Source: a virus. From it: a stretch of 64,000 nt of DNA. Where the stretch lies: positions 32,001 through 96,000 of IMG/VR virus record IMGVR_UViG_3300032282_005553. One strand, given 5' to 3'. The notes beneath the pieces are model-generated. The model was not told where the DNA came from. It did no database searches and saw only the letters and a list, made by a program, of their open reading frames with translations. Positions 1 through 10,593 of this stretch are shown here, in pieces (position 1 is the first letter of the stretch; every line of letters begins with the position of its first letter). The translations under genes were made by a program, and so were the position numbers.

Positions 1-3000
1 CAATATATAGCTGGAATATCAGGTAATATTTATAAGCCCACCAGAGGGTTATCTATTAGTGGAGTGAAAGTAACACAAGTTATAGACAAGGATAATTTCG
101 TTGTTTCGAGCCTCTCATACGAAGGAGTTCACGAACAGAGCGGAACAGTATTCATATCTTATGGAAACCTAATTTCGGATCCTAGTCAGCAAATTACATT
201 AAGTGGTACGATAAATCAAGACTCTAATGTAATCAATAATCTATCTTATTTATCTGGTAATGTATTTATAAATGATTTATCTAATATTAAATCTAGTATA
301 TTACCAAATATGCTTCTAAGAATTTTTAATGAGAATGTTGTTGGGACTCTTGATTCTTATCCGGTAAGAATTGTCTCCACAGGATATAATAATGGAAACT
401 TTCAATTAATTATTGATAATTTGTATACTGGTATTACTACAAATACCTCATTTGGTCTATATGATTATCCAATTTTTGCATTGGAAAGCAGTCAAAAAGC
501 ATTCTTTAATTCTGAACAGTTTAATACAGAAAACGCTTTTACTAATTTTACTCTGAATAGTAGTGGTATTAGATTTGATATTTTTGGATACGATAATCAA
601 ACAAAACCAACTGGCAGATACGATATAACAGTAACTCCAGTAATTAATTATATAGATGAAACTAGCAAAACAAATTCAGGCACCATGTACTTGCATCACA
701 AAAGATCTTATGATTGCTCGTACAAAAGAGAAAAGGCTATATTTGCTCCATATGATGTAAGCTATGTACATAATAAGTCAGATAATGGATTGAGTAATAT
801 TAATTTTGCTGCTAATTCTGAGATAGATTTTTTAATTAATTATGATCCTTATGTACAATTCCTAGCTGCTACCAATTCTTTTAGTGGAATTTTAACCAGT
901 GGATCAAACTTAATAATAAATTGCTATCCTACACAGGAATTTAATATTGTAACTGGCTTATTATTGCATGTGAATACTTCTAATTTTTACTATAGTGGCA
1001 TTGTTAATGATGTTAATGGAACAACACTAACAATGAATAACACATTCTCATTATGCTCTGGATCAACCGGGGTACTTGTTATTTACAGCGGCCAGATCCC
1101 ACCCTCTGCGAAATATACTAAATTATTCACAATATTGAATGGCTCTGGATATGTAGCACAAAGAGAGTTTTTAAGTCCAGATACTGGAATATATTTTACT
1201 GGAAATGCAAAAGTTTATTCTAATTACGGTTATGCTACTATCACTTCTCACACATTACTACCGTCTAAGACCAAAGAATATCCAGCAAATATAGCAGACG
1301 ATGAATTTGTATACATAGATTTTAAAACTAATAATACTGGATTAATTCCAATAGATAATACATATATTACTACGGGTTGCTCACCAAATACGTTCAAGAT
1401 AATTAGTAATCATCTTATGCCAGATAGTGGAATAGCGTGTACTGGATTCTCTTATGCTACTCTCGATAAAGATCATGGCTATTTAGCGCCTAACTCTAAT
1501 AGCATGTCTAATGTGCAACAACAGATTCCATTATTTTTTGATATCTATCCCACATATAGTGCAAAATCTGAATTATACACTTCATATTATCATAATAATA
1601 ATATCAATCGGAAGCCCAAAGATAACATACTATCAATTATTGGAGTAACAGGACATCAGATATTGGTAAATGATAATAGATATCAACTATTAAAAGAAAT
1701 AAATAGATCACCACTATATAATGATTATACCAAGTCATACTTCAATAAATACTATATTAACAATAAATATTATTTATATATTGATGCCTCTAAGAGATAT
1801 CTTGAGCCTAATGATAAAGTAATAATTAATAAAGCATTCAATATAGAAAATGGTTTTATAAATCCAAAAAATATTGATAATATGAAATTTAAGGTTGCTG
1901 ATTTTATAGATAATCAATATGTACTACAATTAATAGAAAATAATGATGAATTAATTTCTGGTGTTATTGATGACACATTGATCGGCAATAGTGGATATAT
2001 ATCATATCTAGGTTTTCAAGATGGATATGTAACTAGTCCCACAAATGGTTTTTATTTCCATTCATACGGAGATGGCTCAGAATCATGGAGAAGAGACGAT
2101 AGAGGAATATACATAAATCCACCTTTGACAGGATTTTTTAATATTTATAGTAGTCCAAAATTATGTAATAGTGGAACTCTTTGTATACATATTAGTGGTA
2201 TTAGTGATATATCTTATATTCCAGTAAATAAACAATTATTTTTTGACTTTATCGACACTGATCCTGTTTTGACAGGACTATATACAGTATATGATAAATT
2301 ATCAAACGATTTATTAACTATCAATATTCCATACGACTCTAGATATGTTAATAACAGCGGACTTGTTTATTTAATAGACGCATTAACTAATATTAAAACT
2401 GATAAAAATCTTAATATTAATAATGTATTTTTTCAATCATATATTTATGATGATATATTAGGCAACAAAAATTTATCATCTTTTAATTACTATAATAACA
2501 GATGGAAGCATGGCATTTTCTTAGATAATAGTGGGCTAGTCAGTCCTACTGGATATTTAAACACAACTATAGATGTTAGTCACGATGGATTACCCATAAT
2601 ATCAAAGACCAATGCTAATATTATTGTTATGAATCCTTTTGATATGTCATTCGACATATCTTATAGTGGTATTAATACCTCTAATTATGAGGATCTTGTT
2701 CCGGTATTAGGACAGTTGCCTTCTTTGACTACGGAAACTAATAGTTTGATATATTTTATGGTTAGCATAAAGGGAGGTGCTGGTAAATGGTCCAATACTA
2801 TTAATCAGTGTGCTCCTCTTGTTAATATTCTTGGATTAAAAGACTATAGTATAGTAAATAAAGAATTTGATGAAGCTAATCAAGAATGGAAAATTAAGAT
2901 ACAAGCATATGCGCCAAATGGTGTCGTAAATGCAAAAAATTTAAAATTTATTGTGTCGGATGAAAGCGATAGGCAGATCAAAGATATTATCTTATCAACC

Positions 3001-6000
3001 TCTGTTCCTTTTACAATTTCTAACATAGAACAGACAGAATATGCACAACAATTTTCTACAGTTCCGTGGAAAATATTTTGTGATGTTTATGGAGGTAATC
3101 CACCATACTATATTACTCTTCCCGGAGTAGATGTTTCTGATTATGATGTTTATCCCTTGAGTAATCCTGCTCCGTATAGTGATTTACCAGACCATTACAC
3201 GTACCTTATTAAGGGAACGGGATGGTATTCAACAACAGGAATAAATACGCAAAATATTGTAGTATCAGATTCAAGCTATAAAAATATTACTGGCATAGCT
3301 AGTTTCATGATAACAGACTATGATAAAACGTTTATTGTTAATCCAAGAATGTACAAGACTAATTTAGTAATTAATAAAAATAGTCCTGGAAATAATTATA
3401 TCACATTCCTCATACCTTGCAGAAATTCTCCTCCTCCAGGAACCACAAAAGTACAATTTACAAATACTCAAAATTTAACACTCAATAATATTGTATCTTC
3501 ATATTATTATAGTCTAGACGCATATAGATACTCTATAAAGGTTGATGTTGGCAATAGCACAGAAACAAATCTATACAACATTGGCATAACTGGCTCTATA
3601 ATTCAACCAATATTAAGAGAAGGTTTAAATGAAAATTTTGTGTTTAGTACCGGAGTATCTATAAATGTTTACCAGCCCGTAGCTGTTGATACATATAAGC
3701 TTGTTCAACCTGTACCATATGATATTGACTCTGTTTGGGCTTTAACTTTGGATATAGTAAATGGAGCATATTATAATTCTTCTGTATCTGGTAGACAGTT
3801 AAGGGCTTATCTTGGAAATACTCCTAATAATGGAAGATACGACAGCAATCCATTACAATATAAACTCGGATATTCATATGTAACTAATGAGGCGAGTCCT
3901 AGACACAGAGTTTCGTTTACTGGATTGTCTGATACTTTTAGTGTTAACAATACTACTACAGGAATACATGATTTGTACTATTATGTAGAAGATTTTACAA
4001 GCTATGCCACAGGAGTAATTAAAATACTAATGAATGGCGGAGTAGATCTGATCAATCTGCACGACAAAAAATATGCAACACCAAATAATGGATTTGATAT
4101 TAATTTTGACATAGAAGGTTTAACATACGGACCAGGAGAAAATTACTCTGCTCCTAGTATCATTAATAATGATTCATTAAAAAATGATCCTTTGATATCT
4201 TTTAATAGTAACTATGCTAAATATGATCCTCATATTAAAATTTGGGAATATTTTTATAATGGCTCACCTATACCTGACAAATGGAACTCGGAACTCTTGA
4301 TCTATAATGATATTCTGGACGTAAGAGTAAAAGGATTGTCAAATGATAAAATTTATGTTGCTGGCAAATTTGATACTGTAGAGACTGACAATGTAATAAT
4401 TGTAGAGAGACCATTCGGAATAAAAAGTGTATCACCAGCATCTATTGACGATAATCAAAAGACAGAAGGAGAAGCATGGGAGATAACAGTTGTTACTACG
4501 GGTGGACTAGAAGACCCATTTTATCCTCCATTAATTAAGCTAAGTAGTACGCCGCTAAATACTTGTACAGGGTATAATCCTGCGGACGCGCAAAATTCAC
4601 AAGAGTGTGTTGTTCCTCCATCCTGGAATGCAGCTTCTAAAGAATGGACTTTTAAATTTAACGGACCAAAATTATGCTTGATAGGAACATATAATGTAGA
4701 TATTGAAGCCAAGGATGTGATAGTCGGATCTATAAATAATGGACCTAAACAAATACTTCAGGTCAAAGGAACAGCATCTAGTGGAGCACCAATTTTTTAC
4801 AAAAGTGGAGAAGCACATCCTCCTCCGGAGTTAGACGATATCAAAAACAAAAACTTATTTCCTAACTGTTCTCCATTCTCGGAGTCTGCCGAATATCGCA
4901 GCAAGTCAAGAGAGGTATGTCCACAACCAACTGGCATAAGCGGAGTTATAGCATGGGGAGACTTACCCGCTGGTATACAGTTCAGTAATTCTAGAATTAA
5001 TTCTACAGCATATGTAGCTCCATATAATGATCTTACGCCAGGTATTATTTATTTTAATGGTACTCCAACAGAATTTGCCGATGGTGGCAAATATCCTTAT
5101 AAATTTTATGTTAATGCTGTTGATGCTGTTGGAAGATCAGGATCTCCTAAACTAATAGAATTTAACGACGCTAGTAAGCCAATAGAAATATCTCCTACAG
5201 ATTTAACTATATATTTTGATAAACCAGGATACCAATATACTCCCGAACTTGGCACAGAGATCATAGATGACGACAGTCAAAGGGTTCACAGACCACCAGC
5301 AGCAGAATTTTCTATGAAATGCTTGAGTAAGTTACCTCATAACAAGTGTGTTTATTCTAGTGGATCATACTCTAATGTTGTTATCCAAGATGGTATATTC
5401 TTTGGTATGGACATTACATCGCCACAAATATCAAAAATATTACAGAATAATAAAGTATATGTTACTTTTACGGGCATATTGAATAATGATCAAGGACAAC
5501 CAGCGTCGTTATTAAATGGATCATATACTGTTGATAGTATAAATCCAGCAAATGCTAGTATTAGAATTACTGGAATAAACAATAAAATGTACTTATTAAA
5601 TCTTACAGATCCAACTGGTGGAATAAATATAGTCAATATTACAGATAATAGAAAAAATAAAAGTTTATCAGATGTAATGAATGATTATTTTATTAATGAG
5701 TCGCAGCCCCTAACGACACAATTTAGTTTACCAGATGGAAGTACATCAGATGTAACAGGAATTATGGGCGATGGTAAACTTGGAACTATCGGACAAGATA
5801 CTCAAACGTATGGTATTTACGGAAGAATAAAGCCAATCGCATATACAACAAGTACAGGATACCCAGACAATACCAATGCAATTTTTGATAATGTAAACTT
5901 CCATATTATTCCAGGTCAAGAAAAATTTACTGAGCCATATGTTGTACAATTTAACAATTGCTATGAAACAGGATATCTAAGAGTTAGTGGAGTAATAATA

Positions 6001-7629
6001 CCAAAATTTTATATAGATATTACAGATCCTCCTCCGGGAACAGAGGGATCAAATCCAAGATATTTTACACAACCTAGTGATGATATCGGAACAGTTACAA
6101 GATCATCGTATGGAGATGACATAGCCTATAGAGGATCTGCTCAATCTAGCATAAATGCTAGAACTGTTCCAATAACCTATGTTGTAAAAGATCAAATTAA
6201 TAATCTTATTAAGATCAATGGAAGTTTGTCTGACGAAAGTATAGGACTGTATAATAAAACAATAACTATGTCAGAAAATGATAACGCATCTGTTTATTCA
6301 TTTTATGTAGAATATATCAACAACACTGTATTTCCAACATATAAACAAAATGTTATTCCGTCTGCTAGTGGCATAGCATATTGGATACATTCCAAAGATG
6401 GGGAATTTCCACCAGTATATCCAGTAGATAATTTTCAATTAATAATACCAACAGGACAGATATATAATAAGCAATTCACATTTATTGGAGGAAGATCAGA
6501 CGGGTCACCAAACTATTACAGCACTAATCTGCCTAGAGTCACAGGCTACATAGAACAAAAAAGGTTTAATACTTATTCTGGAACATACCATCAAGATCAA
6601 AATAGCTCGTCACTAAGACTATTATTTAGTGATCCTCCGAATTTAGAACTAAACGACGCAATCTATGTAGAATTTTTAACATCACAAAATCAGGTAAACT
6701 TTCTTCCTTCTGGTAGTGGTGTAATGATATCTTCTGTTTCGTCATCTCTATATACCATTAGCGACTTTATGACTAATAGTACAGTAGAAAAAAATGGTAC
6801 ATTTATTGCTAGAGACCTATATCAAATTTATGCTGATCCGACAGACAGCGACAATCTTAATATTAGATATAATAGTACAATTGATCCTCAAATATTCTCA
6901 ATAGGCACTGGCATAGATCTCATTGATAGCAGAGATAAGAGTAGATCATTATTAGGGAATATATTCAATATAGACTCATCTGTTGATATACCCAATACTG
7001 TAAATATTTCTGCTTTATCAGAATCCCCAGATCGTATTGCTACTATCTATAACGTATCTAGTGACTATTATTCAAATCTATTAGGAAGTAATTACACAGG
7101 TCTTTGCGATTTGAGAACAACAGTGTTTTATGAAAATCTTGCATTTACACGAAAGGTTAACGACTCTGCTAGTAATATAGGCACCACAACATATACTTTA
7201 ACAGGAATATTAAATAATCCATTTAATACATATACTTATAGAGTTATAACTTGCGATAATCTCTATTGGTCAAATATAGAAAACCGTAAAGTATACGGTA
7301 AAGATTTTGACTTGATCGTTACTGCTCCATTAACTATTATTCCAGAATCTAGTGGCATTATTGATTCAAATCCTAACATTAATGGTGGAATAGTTTGGAA
7401 TTTTTCATTCTCTGTAACCGGCGGATATATTCCGCGAGCTAATGACTTTTTAGAAATAGAGATTGATGATATGATTCATACATTCAATAGATCTGATACT
7501 GTTTATGAATCCGGGTTATATTCAATACTAACAACCAGACCGGGCATAAGTTGGACAGGTAGTACTTTTAATCTTAAAGTGTACGATAGCGTTAGTGTTG
7601 CTTCTGGTACTTTTGATATACCGAGCTAA
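1..7629 (+). CDS. Giant virion structural protein with Ig-like/beta-sandwich repeats (5'-truncated by window edge, >2540 aa)
   Basis: Frame is open from base 1 (QYIAGISG...) so the GTG at 64 is probably not the real start. Beta-rich N/S/T/G/Y composition; Ig-like (He_PIG-type) signatures such as GGNPPYYITL and GDLPAGIQFS...FNGTPT...VNAVDAVG; lies in a structural gene cluster. Confidence 0.6.
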   Translation, partial: QYIAGISGNIYKPTRGLSISGVKVTQVIDKDNFVVSSLSYEGVHEQSGTVFISYGNLISDPSQQITLSGTINQDSNVINNLSYLSGNVFINDLSNIKSSILPNMLLRIFNENVVGTLDSYPVRIVSTGYNNGNFQLIIDNLYTGITTNTSFGLYDYPIFALESSQKAFFNSEQFNTENAFTNFTLNSSGIRFDIFGYDNQTKPTGRYDITVTPVINYIDETSKTNSGTMYLHHKRSYDCSYKREKAIFAPYDVSYVHNKSDNGLSNINFAANSEIDFLINYDPYVQFLAATNSFSGILTSGSNLIINCYPTQEFNIVTGLLLHVNTSNFYYSGIVNDVNGTTLTMNNTFSLCSGSTGVLVIYSGQIPPSAKYTKLFTILNGSGYVAQREFLSPDTGIYFTGNAKVYSNYGYATITSHTLLPSKTKEYPANIADDEFVYIDFKTNNTGLIPIDNTYITTGCSPNTFKIISNHLMPDSGIACTGFSYATLDKDHGYLAPNSNSMSNVQQQIPLFFDIYPTYSAKSELYTSYYHNNNINRKPKDNILSIIGVTGHQILVNDNRYQLLKEINRSPLYNDYTKSYFNKYYINNKYYLYIDASKRYLEPNDKVIINKAFNIENGFINPKNIDNMKFKVADFIDNQYVLQLIENNDELISGVIDDTLIGNSGYISYLGFQDGYVTSPTNGFYFHSYGDGSESWRRDDRGIYINPPLTGFFNIYSSPKLCNSGTLCIHISGISDISYIPVNKQLFFDFIDTDPVLTGLYTVYDKLSNDLLTINIPYDSRYVNNSGLVYLIDALTNIKTDKNLNINNVFFQSYIYDDILGNKNLSSFNYYNNRWKHGIFLDNSGLVSPTGYLNTTIDVSHDGLPIISKTNANIIVMNPFDMSFDISYSGINTSNYEDLVPVLGQLPSLTTETNSLIYFMVSIKGGAGKWSNTINQCAPLVNILGLKDYSIVNKEFDEANQEWKIKIQAYAPNGVVNAKNLKFIVSDESDRQIKDIILSTSVPFTISNIEQTEYAQQFSTVPWKIFCDVYGGNPPYYITLPGVDVSDYDVYPLSNPAPYSDLPDHYTYLIKGTGWYSTTGINTQNIVVSDSSYKNITGIASFMITDYDKTFIVNPRMYKTNLVINKNSPGNNYITFLIPCRNSPPPGTTKVQFTNTQNLTLNNIVSSYYYSLDAYRYSIKVDVGNSTETNLYNIGITGSIIQPILREGLNENFVFSTGVSINVYQPVAVDTYKLVQPVPYDIDSVWALTLDIVNGAYYNSSVSGRQLRAYLGNTPNNGRYDSNPLQYKLGYSYVTNEASPRHRVSFTGLSDTFSVNNTTTGIHDLYYYVEDFTSYATGVIKILMNGGVDLINLHDKKYATPNNGFDINFDIEGLTYGPGENYSAPSIINNDSLKNDPLISFNSNYAKYDPHIKIWEYFYNGSPIPDKWNSELLIYNDILDVRVKGLSNDKIYVAGKFDTVETDNVIIVERPFGIKSVSPASIDDNQKTEGEAWEITVVTTGGLEDPFYPPLIKLSSTPLNTCTGYNPADAQNSQECVVPPSWNAASKEWTFKFNGPKLCLIGTYNVDIEAKDVIVGSINNGPKQILQVKGTASSGAPIFYKSGEAHPPPELDDIKNKNLFPNCSPFSESAEYRSKSREVCPQPTGISGVIAWGDLPAGIQFSNSRINSTAYVAPYNDLTPGIIYFNGTPTEFADGGKYPYKFYVNAVDAVGRSGSPKLIEFNDASKPIEISPTDLTIYFDKPGYQYTPELGTEIIDDDSQRVHRPPAAEFSMKCLSKLPHNKCVYSSGSYSNVVIQDGIFFGMDITSPQISKILQNNKVYVTFTGILNNDQGQPASLLNGSYTVDSINPANASIRITGINNKMYLLNLTDPTGGINIVNITDNRKNKSLSDVMNDYFINESQPLTTQFSLPDGSTSDVTGIMGDGKLGTIGQDTQTYGIYGRIKPIAYTTSTGYPDNTNAIFDNVNFHIIPGQEKFTEPYVVQFNNCYETGYLRVSGVIIPKFYIDITDPPPGTEGSNPRYFTQPSDDIGTVTRSSYGDDIAYRGSAQSSINARTVPITYVVKDQINNLIKINGSLSDESIGLYNKTITMSENDNASVYSFYVEYINNTVFPTYKQNVIPSASGIAYWIHSKDGEFPPVYPVDNFQLIIPTGQIYNKQFTFIGGRSDGSPNYYSTNLPRVTGYIEQKRFNTYSGTYHQDQNSSSLRLLFSDPPNLELNDAIYVEFLTSQNQVNFLPSGSGVMISSVSSSLYTISDFMTNSTVEKNGTFIARDLYQIYADPTDSDNLNIRYNSTIDPQIFSIGTGIDLIDSRDKSRSLLGNIFNIDSSVDIPNTVNISALSESPDRIATIYNVSSDYYSNLLGSNYTGLCDLRTTVFYENLAFTRKVNDSASNIGTTTYTLTGILNNPFNTYTYRVITCDNLYWSNIENRKVYGKDFDLIVTAPLTIIPESSGIIDSNPNINGGIVWNFSFSVTGGYIPRANDFLEIEIDDMIHTFNRSDTVYESGLYSILTTRPGISWTGSTFNLKVYDSVSVASGTFDIPS

Positions 7630-7640
7630 GGAACAATATC

Positions 7641-8789
7641 ATGGCTGACTTAATAATTAATACTCCTCCACAAAATATTTTAGTGATTAATGAATCAGTA
7701 GATGGTAGCAATAGTAGTGGTGTTATTAGTACTAATTTGCGTATAGATAATAATCTTGGTAATTATATTTCAATTATAACAGTTGATAGAGGTTTACCGG
7801 GATTACCCGGACCACCAGGCCCACCCGGACCACCTGGAACTGGTGAAAAAGGAGAAGTGGGACTAACCGGACCATCAGGATTACCCGGCAGTGGAATAAA
7901 TAAACTAACTATCAATGGTATCGAACTTACTGATATATCATCTTCTTTATCTTTGAATCCTTCTGGAACTATTCAAATAGCAAATGTCGGTAATTCCATT
8001 ACTATTGGTTCTCCGATTATCGATTACGCCCCTTCTGTTCATAATCACAATACAAATAATATTATCGGTTTAAAAGAACATATTCAAGATAATATTGGTG
8101 ATTCTATAAGTGGCTTATTAAAAAATGGTTCTAACATATCTTTAATTTATTATGATGATTTAAATACATTAACTATTAGTGTAACTGGATTGGTTATTAA
8201 TAAAGATGTTCAAGCATATAGTAGTGGTCTTACAAATATTGCATCCTTGAATATACAAGCTAATGATCTGATTTATGCAACAGGTAATAACAGATATAGT
8301 ACTACAAAAATAACCAATGTTGGTAGAGAAATTATCAGTAAAAACACTGTGGCACAACAACGAGATAGCTTAGAACTAACAAGCATGGCCACCAGTGACC
8401 CCGCAACTTTCCCAACGTTGTCTGGGAATAATGTCTTTACTGGGTCTTTTCAGTCGTTTTCTGATGGGTCATTAAGCCGATTTTCTGCATCAAATAAAGC
8501 CATAACTGCTGACTATTATACTATTTTACAAAGCGATAATGGTAAGGTGTTGGTCTTTGACTATAATAGTGTAGTTACTTGTACTGTGCCGAATAATATC
8601 AGTATTGGCTTTAATTGCTTGGTTGTTCAAATAGGAGATGGACAAGTTATTTTGCAGGGAGACCATTTGTCCAATAGGCTGGGTCATACAAAATTAGTTG
8701 GTAAATATTCTTTGGCTACTTTATTAAAGCCTATAGACGGAACCGTAATATTAAGTGGCGATACAACAAATAGAAGTAGCAGTTCATAA
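7641..8789 (+). CDS. Collagen-repeat tail fibre/decoration protein
   Basis: RBS-like AAGGA upstream; Gly-X-Y run; HxH fibre motif (VHNHNTNNIIGL); KDVQAY...LTNIASL motif typical of phage fibre shafts; short C-terminal beta domain. Confidence 0.75.
   Translation: MADLIINTPPQNILVINESVDGSNSSGVISTNLRIDNNLGNYISIITVDRGLPGLPGPPGPPGPPGTGEKGEVGLTGPSGLPGSGINKLTINGIELTDISSSLSLNPSGTIQIANVGNSITIGSPIIDYAPSVHNHNTNNIIGLKEHIQDNIGDSISGLLKNGSNISLIYYDDLNTLTISVTGLVINKDVQAYSSGLTNIASLNIQANDLIYATGNNRYSTTKITNVGREIISKNTVAQQRDSLELTSMATSDPATFPTLSGNNVFTGSFQSFSDGSLSRFSASNKAITADYYTILQSDNGKVLVFDYNSVVTCTVPNNISIGFNCLVVQIGDGQVILQGDHLSNRLGHTKLVGKYSLATLLKPIDGTVILSGDTTNRSSSS
7791..7895 (+). repeat. Collagen-like Gly-X-Y repeat (GLP GLP GPP GPP GPP GT GEK GEV GLT GPS GLP GSG)
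   Basis: Read directly from the translation; locally GC-rich DNA. Confidence 0.9.
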
Positions 8790-8800
8790 TAGGAATAAAA

Positions 8801-9133
8801 ATGATTTTACCACCATTATACGGAGCATCCACAAAAAGCGACGATAATTCATGGGAAGCCCTAAGACTTTCTCAATTATCAACAGATGCAATAAAGTATA
8901 CATCTCCAAATCCTCTATTAAAAATTACAGAGATGAATTTTGATATTTTCAAGTATATCAATCCAACAGATACCAGAATTTTCAACACACAGTTCAACCT
9001 TGACTGCATAAAATATAAACAACCAGAATTTATTATTGAGTGCAGCAACATAGCAATTGATGTATTAAAACAAAAATCACCAGAAACAACTCTTTCATTA
9101 TCAAATTTTTCTATTGATATATTAAGGTATTAA
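8801..9133 (+). CDS. Hypothetical protein (110 aa), probably virion-associated; short internal (F/L)x(F/I/L)Dx(I/L)K(Y) repeats
   Basis: AGGA RBS, tight packing in operon; repeated pattern STDAIKY / NFDIFKY / NLDCIKY / AIDVLKQ / SIDILRY. Confidence 0.65.
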   Translation: MILPPLYGASTKSDDNSWEALRLSQLSTDAIKYTSPNPLLKITEMNFDIFKYINPTDTRIFNTQFNLDCIKYKQPEFIIECSNIAIDVLKQKSPETTLSLSNFSIDILRY

Positions 9134-9135
9134 TT

Positions 9136-10593
9136 ATGGCACTATTATTTTTTGAAGGATTTAATGTCAGAAATACTGACAATACTCCGTATCTCGATCC
9201 TAGATACTGGACAGTCGAAGAAGAAACTCCGGCGATAATGTATTACCCGCAGGATGATTATGTTACAACATATTCTGATAATAATGCTATATTATATGGT
9301 ACTTATCGAAGTTTAGTCATATCAGGATACAGACTAGATACGATACCCGCTCAATATCCAGTACCAATACAGCTAAGTGGAGTATCTGGTTTAGATAGTG
9401 ATCAAATCTATATTTCTTTTAGAGTTGCTAATCTTGGTCACAGTCACACATATGGACTATCATATCCATATACAACTAAATTTTTAACATTATGTAGTGG
9501 TAATAAAGAATTGCTATCTTTTGATGTTGTGAAAACTACGGGATTAAGTATTCAGGGCGGAACATGGACTCCTTCTAATCAAGGTTTGGGTATTTCTGTT
9601 AAGCAAACTGGGTCCAATAATAGTATGACCCAAATAGGATTATTTGATTTTAGAGTACAAGGATTACAAAAATATACTATTACTAACTTTAGCTCTGCTC
9701 CTAATGATTTTATGCCAACAATGATAGAGTATTATTATGTAACTAACCAAGGATATGAGTCACACAATAAAAGATTTTTACATATAGAATTATTTGTTAA
9801 TACTGCAGAACAAAAAGTAAGAATGAAAATTGATGGATTCGATGTGCTAAATAGAGCCACAAGAGCACCATATGGACCAACCGCTTCTGGATCTAAACCG
9901 TTTGGATCATTTAATAATATTAAATTTTACCATAAAGGAATAATAGGAACAGCATATACAAATGGTCAAATAGATTATGGTAACCTAGTAATAGATGATC
10001 TCGCTATTTGCAACAATAGTGGAGAAACACCAAATACATGGATGGGACCAAATACAAGAATTATTCATTTAAATTCAATTGCTGTTGCTGATAACTCCAA
10101 TATAGGGTTGGCTAATTGGGAAGGAAATATTGGATCAAATGCTTCAAGACTTGATACTAATGATGGTGACACTAGTTATATATCATCTCAGACTTCTGGA
10201 CAGATCTACTCTCAGAGAATGAAATTTACACAAGATAGTAGTGCTGGTATTACAGATTATTTTGGACCATCAGACAATATAGGAGGGTTGCGCATTTTTA
10301 ATTCTGTTAGAAAAACATTCTTAGATTCTGATTTTATCAATGTGTATTCATCCGGAGAGGGACTTGGGTACTCCCAAAATGGAACATTGGATGGTTCGGA
10401 TTCGGAAAAGTATTATGAGATAGGAGATAGATACCAAATTGATCATACAAATTATTTTATTAGAAATTCTTTTGTTCTTAGAAATCCAATAACAAACTTA
10501 CCATGGGATACTGGAGTATTTTTTACACAACTAGAGGGACAAAGTGCTGGAATCGTTAAAACATCTGGATACTTTGGAGTTAAAAAATTATGA
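9136..10593 (+). CDS. Putative virion protein with concanavalin A/LamG-like beta-sandwich (possible receptor-binding)
   Basis: MALLFFEGF start, HIELFVN...VRMKIDG and VIDDLAI motifs resemble ConA-like lectin folds in phage tail proteins; context. Confidence 0.55.
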   Translation: MALLFFEGFNVRNTDNTPYLDPRYWTVEEETPAIMYYPQDDYVTTYSDNNAILYGTYRSLVISGYRLDTIPAQYPVPIQLSGVSGLDSDQIYISFRVANLGHSHTYGLSYPYTTKFLTLCSGNKELLSFDVVKTTGLSIQGGTWTPSNQGLGISVKQTGSNNSMTQIGLFDFRVQGLQKYTITNFSSAPNDFMPTMIEYYYVTNQGYESHNKRFLHIELFVNTAEQKVRMKIDGFDVLNRATRAPYGPTASGSKPFGSFNNIKFYHKGIIGTAYTNGQIDYGNLVIDDLAICNNSGETPNTWMGPNTRIIHLNSIAVADNSNIGLANWEGNIGSNASRLDTNDGDTSYISSQTSGQIYSQRMKFTQDSSAGITDYFGPSDNIGGLRIFNSVRKTFLDSDFINVYSSGEGLGYSQNGTLDGSDSEKYYEIGDRYQIDHTNYFIRNSFVLRNPITNLPWDTGVFFTQLEGQSAGIVKTSGYFGVKKL